Shown here: one piece after another, positions 37,966-48,412 of the stretch
How positions within the stretch are numbered: the first letter of the stretch is position 1
Layout of the letters: each line of letters begins with the position of its first letter
Virus record (IMG/VR): IMGVR_UViG_3300026538_000054
Location: 1-64,000 of that record
Reading direction: 5' to 3' (one strand)
Origin: a virus
Length of the DNA stretch: 64,000 nt
The notes under the pieces: model-generated
Seen by the model: only the letters and a program-made list of their open reading frames with translations
Databases searched by the model: none
What the model was told of the DNA's origin: nothing
Translations under genes and position numbers: made by a program

Positions 37966-38478
37966 ACTCGTTGACGTTCGTCAACGAGTGGCCAGGTCAC
38001 GAATAGCCGCGACCAGAACGGTCGCGAAAAACACCATCGCCATGAAGGCGATGGTCATACCTCTTGTCCAGCTCATTTTTTTTTTACTCATTACCCGAAC
38101 ACGCAGACGGCGCTCGGGGTCCTTTCCATCCGAACCTGCTGCTCGCGGATGCGGTAGGTGAACCGCTCCACCCCAAAGACGACGCAATCGTCAGTTTGCG
38201 TCGTCGACCTGCCGCCGGCACAGGCGAGGACGCTCGCCAGCGCATCTTCTCGGCTGGCAAAGACGGCGAGGCCTCCCCCGCCGTTCCAGCTCACCACCCA
38301 GACAGATCTCATCGCAGCTCCTCGACCATCTCCCCGTCGCCCCACCATCCCCGGTCGTTGGGGTGGTCGCTCAGGTACGCTTGGGCCTCCGCGCGGGTGC
38401 GGAAGGCGACACCGAGGTGCTGCGATCCGGCGTGCCCGCCGTCGGTGGAACAGTGGGTGTGGACAGGCACGTAAACTA

Positions 38479-38931
38479 TCATTGACTATCCTCCTCCTTC
38501 CGCACGGTGTAGCGCGCGAGCCGCGGGAGCGCGGCTCGCATGTCTTCCAGGCCGTACTCCTGGCCTCGCGGCGGCGCGCCGCTGAACTCGACGGCCGTTA
38601 CGCTGGCGGCCTCTGCGGCCAGGTTCAGCGGGACGTTCCCGGAGGACGTGCTTGCCGCGCACGTCCTCCGGGCGGGCGTCCCCGGTGATCAACTGGATGT
38701 GCCAGTCCTCCGGCGCCGACGGCAGCAGGCCGTCGGCGTACGAGGAGGACTGGTCCCGGGGGTCCAGCGGGTCCTCCTCGTACGCGAGGACCACTTTGTC
38801 CGCCTCGACACGAGCGAGGCGACGAATATCGGGGCGTCGTGTTCCGGCTCGCACGGCAGGGCAACATAGGCGAGCTTCTTCTCGGCCGCCAGCTTCTCGG
38901 CCGCGAAGAAGATCGGATCGGTTTTCTTCAT
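38479..38931 (-). pseudogene. Csx16 (VVA1548)-like gene broken by two frameshifts
   Basis: joining frames gives ARPEDVRGKHVL-GNVPLNLAAEAASV..EF..PPRGQEYGLEDMRAA..RL.RY.V. Confidence 0.5.
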
Positions 38932-38970
38932 CTCTCTCGCTCCTTGCCCCTTGGGGCGGGCTTTCGCATC

Positions 38971-39441
38971 TCACTCCACGTCCGGCCCCTCGGACCGAAC
39001 ACCATCGTCGGCGCAGATCACCAGCCGGCAAATAAAGGCCTGCAGCGGCCAGTCGCCCGCATACTTCAGGTCACCCGCCCGTGGTGGTAAGAGTTCTCGC
39101 CCCAGCCATTCATGCGCCTCGGCGGCCATCTCCCGCCACGACTCCGCTCGTCCACAGAGCCAGGCGACCAGGTGGCCCATGACCGCCGCGTCCACCCCTG
39201 GCCCATTCGCCTTGTGGTTGGCGAGGTCGAAGAGAAGGCCTGCGCCCCGTCTTCTTTCCTCCGCGCCAGCCAGCCGCCCAGCCTCCTTGTCCCTGGCGAA
39301 GGCCTCTGCCGCAGCCCGGCCAGCGCGCCGGTGCGAGGACGGATCGGCGCGCTTCTCCCGTATGAACGCCTCGCCGGCGAGGACGTGAGCGACCACGCGA
39401 AAGGCCACGGCGCGAGGGACCAGGTGCGGCGGGTCAATCAT
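38971..39441 (-). CDS. hypothetical protein
   Basis: ORF in minus-strand block of small genes. Confidence 0.5.
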   Translation of the reverse strand: MIDPPHLVPRAVAFRVVAHVLAGEAFIREKRADPSSHRRAGRAAAEAFARDKEAGRLAGAEERRRGAGLLFDLANHKANGPGVDAAVMGHLVAWLCGRAESWREMAAEAHEWLGRELLPPRAGDLKYAGDWPLQAFICRLVICADDGVRSEGPDVE

Positions 39442-39583
39442 GATTTTTCTCTTGGCGCCGGGCGCTGTCCCGGCTAACATCTCATTAGTCGAGGCCGAAT
39501 TGAAGCGAGGCCTTCAGCAGTCTCGGAAAACCCCTCCTCGACTTTTCCCGCTCCGGCAATCTCTTGCCGGAGCGGCCCCGTTT

Positions 39584-40981
39584 CTACTCCTCGTAGCCGC
39601 ACCCGCGGGGCAGCCGCCCGACTTGCGATAGTGGTAAGCGCCAGCAACGGTTCTTGGCGTCCCATCGCGCTCCGTTGATGGCCTTGATGGCCTCTCTGAC
39701 CGGGTAGGTGTTGCCGGTCACGGTGACCATCGGGTCGGCCTTCCGCGCCGCCGCCTTGGTCTTGCGGCTAACCGCTTTCTGTTCGGCCTCTGCCTTCTCC
39801 TTCTTCGCCGACTCCAAAGCGCCGGCCAGCTCGGCCGCGATGTCCGTGCGGTGGCTGTACTGCTCCCACCCCCGCTTTTGTTCGGCGGCGAGCTCGTTGG
39901 CCGCCTCTTGCCCGATCGCCTCGATGGCCGTAGGCAGCCAATCGGCCAGGGCGGTCTCGTAAGCGGCATTCCTCTCAGCCGTGATACGTCGGGCGACCGC
40001 CGCCAGTACCTCGTGGTAACTATCCAGGGTCGCGGCGTCACCAGACTCGACGTAGGCCGTTGACGCGGTCTTGGCGGCCTCGTCGCAGCCCGCCATCCTG
40101 ACGGCGGCCTCCGTGCAGCCCTCCGTCACGAGCGCGGCCCTGTCAGCCTGGTACGCCTCGACGGTCTCCTGTTCGCGCGCCCGACGGACGGCGATGGCGG
40201 CCTGAGCAGCCTCGATGACCGGCAGCAGGGAGACCGGGACGTAGTAGTGGTCCTGGTGGTCGTCGTAACTGCGGTGAGACAGGTGACCGACCACGCCACC
40301 GTCCGGCAGATCAGCGATGTAGCGCACGTTGCCGGAGCGGAACTTCGCGTCCCGCTCGTCGCTTAGCACTCGCCAGGCGCTGGCGGGTATCAGGCCCTCG
40401 GGGAGGGAGTAGATGTGATGCTGCGCTGAGACGGCGCTCCACGTCGCCTCGATCGCCTTCTTCTTGGCGGCGGCCTCATCCTCGGCCGACCGCTTCGCCG
40501 TCTCATCGGTCTCCCGTTCTTTCCGCTCCTTGTCCGTCTCCTCGACGGGAACGGCGACCCAGCGGCTGTACTTGCCTGGCCCATCCGGGTATTCGGCCCA
40601 GGCGTCCATGTCCTCGATGGCGTCGCTGCTCACGTAGCGCAGCGCGGATGACTCGCTGACCACGAACATGCCGCCCCACTTCTTGGAGCGGAAGATCTCG
40701 CCCAGCTTTCGCCGCTCGTCACGTCGGTTGCCCTGGATACCGTCGCCCGGCCGCGGGATGCGCTTGTGCTTGCGGGCGGGGGCATCATGCTCCGCCCGAA
40801 CGACGTGCCCCGTCTCGGGGACGACCACGACGGCCTGATCGGTCTTTCGCAGGATGCGACTCTCGACGGCACGCCCGGCGTCGGCCAGGGCGTCGGCGGC
40901 GACCAGACGACTGACGGGGTCGCTCAAGTCGAAGGTCATGGTCCCGACGGTGAGAGTCAAGGAGATGGTCTCTATGGACAT
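39584..40981 (-). CDS. hypothetical multi-domain protein (TIGR02996-like N-terminus, C-terminal GNTYPVRE..GARWD domain)
   Basis: AAGGA RBS before MSIETIS at 40981. Confidence 0.6.
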   Translation of the reverse strand: MSIETISLTLTVGTMTFDLSDPVSRLVAADALADAGRAVESRILRKTDQAVVVVPETGHVVRAEHDAPARKHKRIPRPGDGIQGNRRDERRKLGEIFRSKKWGGMFVVSESSALRYVSSDAIEDMDAWAEYPDGPGKYSRWVAVPVEETDKERKERETDETAKRSAEDEAAAKKKAIEATWSAVSAQHHIYSLPEGLIPASAWRVLSDERDAKFRSGNVRYIADLPDGGVVGHLSHRSYDDHQDHYYVPVSLLPVIEAAQAAIAVRRAREQETVEAYQADRAALVTEGCTEAAVRMAGCDEAAKTASTAYVESGDAATLDSYHEVLAAVARRITAERNAAYETALADWLPTAIEAIGQEAANELAAEQKRGWEQYSHRTDIAAELAGALESAKKEKAEAEQKAVSRKTKAAARKADPMVTVTGNTYPVREAIKAINGARWDAKNRCWRLPLSQVGRLPRGCGYEE

Positions 40982-41228
40982 TGATATTTCCTTTCTTGCC
41001 GGGGAGAACAGGCCCCGGCGGCAGGGTGGCAAAAGACTCAAAGCAGAAACTCGTTGAAAAGGGAACTGGACGCCAGTTTGGTCCTGGTCGCCGGGACCGT
41101 CGCTCTGTGACCGGGATAGGCCCCGCGGCGACGCTCCACCAGCAAGTCCTCTCCGGCACGTACCGCGGCGGCCTCTGCAACCTGCCCCGCATCCTCCAGG
41201 TGATCGGCCAGGGCGATTCGGGCGAGGG

Positions 41229-41648
41229 TTAGGCGTATCGCGCCCGGAGGGCCGTGCAGGCCGCGTAAGTCGCCTCGAAGTCATCGCGCTGCATGGCTGC
41301 GACCACCTCGTCATCCGTGGCCATGCCAACGAAACCGCGGTCGCTCCAGTTCGCCGTAAATCGTCGCATGCGTACGCGGCACGCCTCGGGGCAGTCAAGC
41401 GGACCGATGACGCGCTTCACGGCCGAGGCCGGCACTCTCACGCCCTCGAACAGCGCAACGCTCGGCTGAGCGAAAATCTCGCGCTTCCACTTCTCGATCA
41501 ACCTCGAGGTGCGCTTGCCGCCGTCGTCGTAGTAATAGGTCACTTTTCGGCCGGGCTCGACGACCGGCGCGCCGTCGCTGGCAGCCTGGACCGTTCCGTA
41601 GCCGTCGCCGTAGCCTTGATGCAACTCCACCATCAACAGCGTGGTCAT
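41229..41648 (-). CDS. hypothetical protein
   Basis: AGGAGG RBS. Confidence 0.6.
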   Translation of the reverse strand: MTTLLMVELHQGYGDGYGTVQAASDGAPVVEPGRKVTYYYDDGGKRTSRLIEKWKREIFAQPSVALFEGVRVPASAVKRVIGPLDCPEACRVRMRRFTANWSDRGFVGMATDDEVVAAMQRDDFEATYAACTALRARYA

Positions 41649-41660
41649 GGTCGCCTCCTG

Positions 41661-42029
41661 TTAATCACCGGCGGCCAATCGGCCGAAGTGGTGTCCGAGC
41701 TGATCGCTCGCCGGGGGCGGGGCGCTCCCGTCCGCCTCATGCCCCACCACGACGCCCTCGAACCGCCAGTAGCCCGCGTACTCGATGCTGCCGTGGTACT
41801 GGCTGTACTCGGGGTCGTCATCCGTGTTCACCGGCCCCAGATCGGCGGTGATCTCCACCAGCGGCACAGGGCCGTCCCGCCCCGCGAAGCAAGACACGGG
41901 AACTCGCTCCCCCACTGCCGGCCGAATGACTTCGCCTGCCGTATCCACCTGGATGGCCCATGTACGCCATCGAACCTTCGCCCCGACAGGGACCGGTTCT
42001 TTCGTGTACGTTGCCACAACATCGCTCAT
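41661..42029 (-). CDS. hypothetical protein
   Basis: AAGGAG RBS; TTGGCG-16-TATAGT promoter-like sequence upstream. Confidence 0.6.
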   Translation of the reverse strand: MSDVVATYTKEPVPVGAKVRWRTWAIQVDTAGEVIRPAVGERVPVSCFAGRDGPVPLVEITADLGPVNTDDDPEYSQYHGSIEYAGYWRFEGVVVGHEADGSAPPPASDQLGHHFGRLAAGD

Positions 42030-42231
42030 GCTTTCTCTCCTTGACTGTACCTAACTATACCGCGCTGAAATCCGGCGCCAAGCCCGGCCTGGCAGGTAAA
42101 GAGCGGCAAGAGATATTGACATCTTTTTGGTAGGAATTAAGCAGCCAGCCCACCCCTGACCAGGGGTGGGCTGGTGCGTTTCCTGCTTCGTGTCCGATCT
42201 GTCTTGTACTGGCGTGCCCAGACAAGAAGAC

Positions 42232-43278
42232 CTATTCTTTCTGCGCCGGCAGCAGATCGAGCTGGACTTTATGCCCACGCTTGGGGTAGGCGCGGTTGAC
42301 CATTTGCATCAGGTGGTCCCAAGAGTCGGCAGCGCGCATCAAACCGATCATCGCGTAGAGGTGTTGGGCAAGCGCCGGGTGTCCGACATCATCCGTGAAC
42401 CACTGGTGGTGCTTCGCTTCCCTGCCGCCGCGATCGGTCTTCGGGTTCTTCTTTTCCAGCTCTTCCAGCACTCCAGGAGCAAGGCGGGCATACACCAGGT
42501 CCTTGGTGTAGTTCGCCACGCACTGCGGTCGGTTGACCTTCATGCCCTTCCACTCCCACTTGCGCAGGCGGAAGATTTCCTTGTAGAAGTCATCCGGGAA
42601 CCGCTTCGCCCAGGCGGCGAACTCCTTGCGCAAGAACGCGTCAAGGATCGCCTGGAGGGCCTGTCGGTCGCGGATCTCTTGGTAGCCCGTCGCCTCATCG
42701 ACCAGCGCGATGATAGCGACGTGAGCCAGAGCACGTATCAGCATGTACGCCTTTTCGGCGGTCTGCTTCTGTGAGTCGGTCAGCACGCCAGCGTCCTTGG
42801 CCTTGAGCCAGACATCGCAGATGCGGGGGACCAACTCGGCCTTGAATCCGTAAGCCGTGCGGCCTCCGTGTTGCGGAACGTACTCGATCGGCTCAGTCAG
42901 CGACGCCGCTAAGTCTATGTCGATAAAGGGCTTGAGGTTGTCAGCCATCAAGAAATTGGGGAGTTTAGCGACGCCCTCCGACGAGGGCTCCGCGCCCGTC
43001 TTCTGTTTCGACGGGCCGCTGCCGGTGGTGTGGCGCCCTAGCGCAGCCGACATACCACGTTGCGAGACGACCCGAATGCCGCTCTTGAGGACGGCACAGG
43101 GAATGACTGCATCGCCGATGGTCAGATTGCCTTCGTGAGTCGCCTCAGGTGGCCCCCAGCGAGCGGCCGCGCCCTTCTTGGCGATTTTCTTCCTTTGTTC
43201 TTCCGACAGTTTCGCCGCTCGCGCACGGCCGCCCTTCGACGGGTCAGGGACGCCAGGTGGCTTCTTTTCCGCACTCAT
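42232..43278 (-). CDS. P63C domain protein
   Basis: GGRARA.KL..EQR..IA..AARW; IALVDEATGYQ; KRFPDDFY; KHHQW. Confidence 0.85.
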   Translation of the reverse strand: MSAEKKPPGVPDPSKGGRARAAKLSEEQRKKIAKKGAAARWGPPEATHEGNLTIGDAVIPCAVLKSGIRVVSQRGMSAALGRHTTGSGPSKQKTGAEPSSEGVAKLPNFLMADNLKPFIDIDLAASLTEPIEYVPQHGGRTAYGFKAELVPRICDVWLKAKDAGVLTDSQKQTAEKAYMLIRALAHVAIIALVDEATGYQEIRDRQALQAILDAFLRKEFAAWAKRFPDDFYKEIFRLRKWEWKGMKVNRPQCVANYTKDLVYARLAPGVLEELEKKNPKTDRGGREAKHHQWFTDDVGHPALAQHLYAMIGLMRAADSWDHLMQMVNRAYPKRGHKVQLDLLPAQKE

Positions 43279-43604
43279 GACGCATCTCCTTCATGACAGG
43301 TGATGATCACATTATCTCCTTGCTCGGCAAGTATGTCAAGGGTAATTTATGCTTGCCGATCAGGCTGTGGTCGATGGAGACCGGGCGGTAGCCTCAAAGT
43401 GGTGAAGCGCGGTAGTCAGCAGCGAACCGCCGATTTGGTGGCCGGCCTAGAACGCAAAGCTAATGCCTACAAGAACTTGCGCGGCAACAGCAGGAGCTCG
43501 CGGCACCTGCTCGATTGACTAAGTAAGCGACGCCGTTAAGTCGCTGGCTGCAAAGGACTTGCGGCTGCCAGCACCCCAAAAACAGGGTAGTTTAGCGACG
43601 CCGA

Positions 43605-44933
43605 TCAGGGCGCTCGCTGCTGCCCGCCGGCCGCCTGCCTTGACGCTTCCATCAGCCGCTGCGCGCGTGCCTCAATGGCAGCCAGCGTCTCGTCGCTCAT
43701 ATGGCTACGCCTGATGCCTTCGGCCGCCCGCTCCGCCGGCGGGCCTGTTCGCTTGACCGCCTCGCCAATCTGCCGGGCATGCTCCCGAATCACCTCCGGC
43801 GGTATCTCTTCCCCCGACGTGGCCGCGCTAGACGCCACGCCGAGGAGGCGCCCCAGGGCCGTGGCCGGTTCGCGAACGGCTCGTTGAATGTCTTCGTGGC
43901 CCCTGGCGTCCCGGTACATCGCCCTGGCGGCCGGTCCGTGTTGGACGACCAGGCCAGCGGCCTCCGGGGCCGCCGCTCGGTACACCTCTCTAAGCCTGTC
44001 GCGGGTGCCTTGTGGCATTCTTTCGCGCATGAGCCCGAGTTGATCTCTCGCCTCGCCCAGCCCGTAGAGGTCGAGCAAGGTGCTTCGCCCGATGTCGGCG
44101 GGGTCAGCCATGAACCTTTCCCTGGTGTCCGCCCAGGCCTTGCCGGCCACGTTTCGGTAGAAGTGCGGCGGCAGCTTCTTGGCCGAGCTGCGCATGGCCA
44201 GGGTGCTCATCAGGCCCAGGGGTGATGTGCTGCGCAAGGCGTCCCAGCCGGCCGCCAGATAAGGGCCGTGCGATTGCCGCCAGCTCTCCGGGAACACCGC
44301 CGGGCCTTTTTGCCCGTGCTCGTATTGCCCGTGGCGAAAAGCGCCGACGAGAGCGTGCCGGAAGGCGCTTCGGTGAAAGTCGCCCACGGCAGTGTCATCA
44401 CCGCCAGCCCAGGAAGGGGCGTAACTGCCGTATGCCGCCATCGCAGGCCCCATGGCCGACGTGGCCATCACCGAGGTCTTGAATGGCTCTCGGTCAGCCT
44501 CCGGGACCTGCAGGTAGTCGGCCATCCTGTCACCGGCCCGGTTGGCGGCCTGGTAGGCCCCTGTTGCCGCCGAGTAAGCCGCCGAGCCCAGGCCCACCGC
44601 CGGTAGAAGAGCGAACGGTAATCTCACGGCGTTGGCCAGTCGGGGGTTGTTCTTCCTGATCCAGGGGTCGAAGACCGGCGTGGTGGCGAACCTGAGAGAG
44701 GAGCGCAACGGCTTGTCCGCGAAGTTCTCTCCAGGTTTCAGGCCGGCCATGGACCGCAGGTGGGACAGCACAGGCCCTGGCTTCTTGGGCGCTGGCTCTT
44801 CCTCTTCGTCCTCGTCGGCCTCGAGCGGCTTGAGCGCAGTTGGCAACGGAGCGGCCGTCTTGATCAACCGTTTGATCAGCTCGGGCGGTTCGAGAAAGGA
44901 CCTGAGGCCCAGGACTTCGGCGGCGGTCTTCAC
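43605..44933 (-). CDS. Ala/Gly-rich putative virion protein
   Basis: KTAA motifs, hydrophobic Gly/Ala segment. Confidence 0.55.
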   Translation of the reverse strand: MKTAAEVLGLRSFLEPPELIKRLIKTAAPLPTALKPLEADEDEEEEPAPKKPGPVLSHLRSMAGLKPGENFADKPLRSSLRFATTPVFDPWIRKNNPRLANAVRLPFALLPAVGLGSAAYSAATGAYQAANRAGDRMADYLQVPEADREPFKTSVMATSAMGPAMAAYGSYAPSWAGGDDTAVGDFHRSAFRHALVGAFRHGQYEHGQKGPAVFPESWRQSHGPYLAAGWDALRSTSPLGLMSTLAMRSSAKKLPPHFYRNVAGKAWADTRERFMADPADIGRSTLLDLYGLGEARDQLGLMRERMPQGTRDRLREVYRAAAPEAAGLVVQHGPAARAMYRDARGHEDIQRAVREPATALGRLLGVASSAATSGEEIPPEVIREHARQIGEAVKRTGPPAERAAEGIRRSHMSDETLAAIEARAQRLMEASRQAAGGQQRAP

Positions 44934-44935
44934 GA

Positions 44936-45394
44936 TCAGGCTCGCTGACTAGCAAGGAGGATGGCGAGCGGGCTGCGGGGTGCAGAGGCTTGTTTCTTCT
45001 TGCCCTTGTCCTCTTTGGGCTTCTTCTCTTCCTCGGCGTCATCGTCGTCTATCGGCCGCTTGTTGCCTCGGGCCTTGTCCCACATCGCGCCCCAGAGGCT
45101 TCGCGGGTAGGACCAGGAAAAGCCCGGCTCGCCTCTGGTGTCGAAACCGAGGCCGCCCAACTGCGGCGGCGCCACGCGCAGCCCTAAGTCTCTGTCGCCG
45201 ATTCGCGCGCCGACGTAGGGATGCGGGATCAGGCCAAGCGCGTGGCTGTAGCCAGCCTCCAGGCCCATGGGGAACTTCTCAGGGTCGCCGAGCAAGTAGC
45301 GCCCGCCGCCCCAGGAGATCACGGCCTCTTTCTCCATCTGTACGGAGAACCACGCCGCCTTCTCTGCCAGCCGCTCGATGATGTCGTTCTGCAC
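44936..45394 (-). CDS. putative virion protein
   Basis: EKAA/EKEA motifs. Confidence 0.55.
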   Translation of the reverse strand: MQNDIIERLAEKAAWFSVQMEKEAVISWGGGRYLLGDPEKFPMGLEAGYSHALGLIPHPYVGARIGDRDLGLRVAPPQLGGLGFDTRGEPGFSWSYPRSLWGAMWDKARGNKRPIDDDDAEEEKKPKEDKGKKKQASAPRSPLAILLASQRA

Positions 45395-45489
45395 GTCGCG
45401 TCCTCTTGAGCCTGCTGATTGTACGCTCTCGCCGATAGCTAAAAAGAAAGACGCCAGGGCCCCGCAAGGGGCCCTGGGTCGTTGCTCGA

Positions 45490-45866
45490 TCAGGGCGTCA
45501 ACGTTTCTTTCAGGCGCTTGCGCGCCCTCTCGGTCAGTTCTCGGGCCGCCTCGTTGCCCGCGGCCTCACCCTCCACCTCGATGATGATGGCGGCCTTTAT
45601 CTTGCTCAGGGTATCCCGGCCGTACTCGGCTACTAGCTCGTCCGTCAACTGGTCAACGACCCGCCAGGTCTGTTCCTTCGCCGCCTGGCTCTTCTTGTCC
45701 CACCCGCCTGCCTCTTCCTGGGTCAGTCGGTGAGTGTGTTCGACGCTGACGACCTTGATGTCGAATTGGATGGGCGCTCTGAAGACCGGGCCGCTGTGGG
45801 GCGCGACCATGGCGAACAGCACAACCAGGGCGATGGCGAACAGCGCGCAGATGATCTTCTTCATGG
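45490..45866 (-). CDS. secreted/membrane-anchored protein
   Basis: MKKIICALFAIALVVLF signal. Confidence 0.6.
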
Positions 45867-45955
45867 TTCTGATCCGGAAAAGAAACGGCCGGAGCACATG
45901 CTCTGGCCTGGGAGGTGGAAACAGGTTGTTGGTTGACTTAGTCGGTCTACTCGGC

Positions 45956-46441
45956 CTACTCTTGCAGCCAGTTGATCAGTTTTTTGGCCGCTTCCCTGCC
46001 CTCCGCGTGTTCTGGGTGGGGCGAAGTCGCGATCAATTGCAGCCCGTACCACAGCCGGACCGTGTTCATTTGCTCTCTCGCCCGTTGACCGGCAGGGCCC
46101 TGTTGCGCGCAGTAGTTGTCAACCATAACCGTCACCTCCCGGATCGCCTCCCTGGCTTCGTCGTCGATATCGGCCCTGGTCTTGTCTTTGGCCATGCGCC
46201 ACAGCTTGTCCAGGGCGTCGGCGAGACTGTCCTTGTAGAGCGCGTCGAGGGTCAGCTCGTTCGGCCGTTTTCTCTTCCCAGCCGCCTTCCCGGCTCCACC
46301 GGCGGCGGCCTTCTCGGTCAGGACGGAGGTGGTCGGGCCGGAGCGAACCGAGCGTTCGCTGTCGTCCTGGTCGCGCTTGACACCGCCACAACCGACGGAC
46401 AAGGCCAGCAGACCGACCAGGACGAAAATGAGATTCTTCAT
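45956..46441 (-). CDS. putative lipoprotein
   Basis: MKNLIFVLVGLLALSVGC lipobox-like. Confidence 0.65.
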   Translation of the reverse strand: MKNLIFVLVGLLALSVGCGGVKRDQDDSERSVRSGPTTSVLTEKAAAGGAGKAAGKRKRPNELTLDALYKDSLADALDKLWRMAKDKTRADIDDEAREAIREVTVMVDNYCAQQGPAGQRAREQMNTVRLWYGLQLIATSPHPEHAEGREAAKKLINWLQE

Positions 46442-46541
46442 TTTCCTTCTCCATAAAATGAGAACGGTCGGAGCGCGTGCTCCGACCTTCTGCTTGCGAC
46501 TTTGTTGGTTGACTTAGTCGGCCTGGGCGGCTGTTACGCGG

Positions 46542-47006
46542 TTACTTCGCCGCCTGCCCGCCGGCGAAGACCATGACGCGTGGCCCCGAGAGCGGACCGC
46601 AGACGGCCAGTTGCGGTTGTCGAACGGCTTCGCGGCCGGTGTAAGGCCCGAACTCGTGGTACTGCGCAAAGCGCGTCCGCTCTCGATTGTCCCTTTCGGC
46701 GACGGCATCCGGCGCGAAGTAGGCCGCGATGTCGGGGGACGGCCACAGCCCCGGCGCCGCGTCAATGGTCCAGTGGCGGGCTTCGTTTTCGTCCCTTTCA
46801 GCGGTAGCGGCCTCAAGGCTCTTGAGCTTGTCCAGCAGGTCATACGCCTTGAGGGACCTGGCGATCTTGGCGTCGCTCTCCGCTTTTCCCTTCACCCAGG
46901 CCTCGTGCTGCTTCCTATCGTGCTCGTCGATGTGGCGAGCGAGCGCCATGGCGAGGACGCCACCGATGCCCGACATGGCCACCAACACGGTCAGAAACTT
47001 CTTCAT
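46542..47006 (-). CDS. secreted/membrane-anchored protein
   Basis: MKKFLTVLVAM signal. Confidence 0.6.
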   Translation of the reverse strand: MKKFLTVLVAMSGIGGVLAMALARHIDEHDRKQHEAWVKGKAESDAKIARSLKAYDLLDKLKSLEAATAERDENEARHWTIDAAPGLWPSPDIAAYFAPDAVAERDNRERTRFAQYHEFGPYTGREAVRQPQLAVCGPLSGPRVMVFAGGQAAK

Positions 47007-47330
47007 TTTCCTTCTCCCGAAGTGGAACCAGAGGTCTGAGCTAGACCTCTCTCAGGAGATATTGACACAAAAACTATCCGAATTAAGCAGTTGCCGGCGC
47101 TCTGGTTTGTCGCGCGGAAGTCGCCTAATGTGACCGGGATCGCCCTTCATGCCCGGAGAGACCAGATGACTACCGAACGCGAAGGCCCCGTCGGACTGTG
47201 GCATCCGCCGAGCGGCGAGGGCAAATCAGATACTGGCCTGGACGTCTCAGTTAGTTTGGCATAGAACTTGCTATGAGGCGCGTCGCGCACCGCTTGATTT
47301 TGACCGGAGGGTCCGGTACAAAGGTGGAAC

Positions 47331-47762
47331 ATGGCGAAAGACAGCGAAAGCCGCCGTGAGGGTCTGCTTGTTCAGGCCGTCAACCCCGTGGACGGCAAGA
47401 CCTGCACAGTCCAGATTTCTCACGCTCGTATGCAGACGGTGGCGACAAGGGGCCTGATCCACGCAAGCGAATGCGGATACATCGTGCCGGCGATCCTGAG
47501 AGGACCGACGGCGATTTTTGAGGGCCTTCGTCGAGAGGAGGACGAAGACCAGTGGGGCGTGGGGTGGCGATGTTACTGCGGCGTGCCGTCCTGCAGCTAC
47601 AGAAAAGACGGCACGAAGGGGCCGTCTTACCCTGGTCAGGTGTACTTGGTATTTGTGAACTCGGACGGAGTGGCCTATAACTGGCGGTGGGAGAAAGCGG
47701 ACGAAGACAACCAGAAGTTGCCGGTTGGCCACGCGGATAGGTTTAAGAGGCGTTTACTATGA
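47331..47762 (+). CDS. putative toxin (RelE/BECR-like RNase fold, tentative)
   Basis: ILRGPTAIFEG..VYLVFV; coupled to a DUF2283-like gene. Confidence 0.4.
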   Translation: MAKDSESRREGLLVQAVNPVDGKTCTVQISHARMQTVATRGLIHASECGYIVPAILRGPTAIFEGLRREEDEDQWGVGWRCYCGVPSCSYRKDGTKGPSYPGQVYLVFVNSDGVAYNWRWEKADEDNQKLPVGHADRFKRRLL

Positions 47763-48187
47763 ATACGGTTTCGGAGAACGATTTCGCCACGAAGGTTATG
47801 TCATTGGTTAACCCGGAAGAGCCGTTCAAGCCCGTTGCGACCTACGACCGGGATGGAGACTGCATCGAGTTCCTGATGCGGCCTGATGCGTTCTACGCCG
47901 AGCGGGTGGACGACCTCGTGACCGTCTACTACAGCCAGGACACGAAGGAAGTCATCGGTTCCCTGATCAAGGGGGTCTCCGGTTTCTGCGCCAACGTCTT
48001 GAAGAAATTGCCGGGCTTCCGGATCGATATCATCGACGGGCGCGTGAAGCTGGTTCATATCTTCCGCGCGAAGCTCTGGTCAAGCGAACGCGACCCCGTC
48101 GCCGGCAAGACCGTGACCTACCGCAAGTTGATTGAGGCGGCCGAGGAGTCGGAGCTCGATGTCGAAGCCGAGAGCTGCGTCAGTTGA
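47759..48187 (+). CDS. DUF2283-like putative antitoxin
   Basis: YDRDGDCIEF..ERVDDLVTVYY..KEVIG. Confidence 0.45.
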   Translation: MNTVSENDFATKVMSLVNPEEPFKPVATYDRDGDCIEFLMRPDAFYAERVDDLVTVYYSQDTKEVIGSLIKGVSGFCANVLKKLPGFRIDIIDGRVKLVHIFRAKLWSSERDPVAGKTVTYRKLIEAAEESELDVEAESCVS

Positions 48188-48217
48188 TCCCGCCCGTTTG
48201 ATTTTCCGCAACAACAC

Positions 48218-48255
48218 GAGACGACGGAGGAAGATATTCCTCCGTCGTCTCGCTT
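48218..48255 (+). terminator. hairpin terminator
   Basis: GAGACGACGGAGGAA / TTCCTCCGTCGTCTC. Confidence 0.55.
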
Positions 48256-48412
48256 CCGGTCTCGGGACCGGCTGAGGGTGACTGACCCCTCCCCTTTCTT
48301 CCGCTCCCGTGCCTTGTCACCCCTCCTGAATTTCCTTGCTTGTCGGACGAATACCGTCTAGTCTGGTCTGGTAGGGTCTCGTTTCTTCTTGCGCCTGGAA
48401 AGAGGAGGACGG

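Noticed and set aside
39584-41398. 604-aa ORF as given in the track
   Set aside because: The upstream part overlaps another gene and non-coding DNA; the RBS supports a start at 40981.
42962-43602. 14-bp repeat AGTTTAGCGACGCC in and upstream of the P63C gene
   Set aside because: Only two full copies and no clear functional arrangement.
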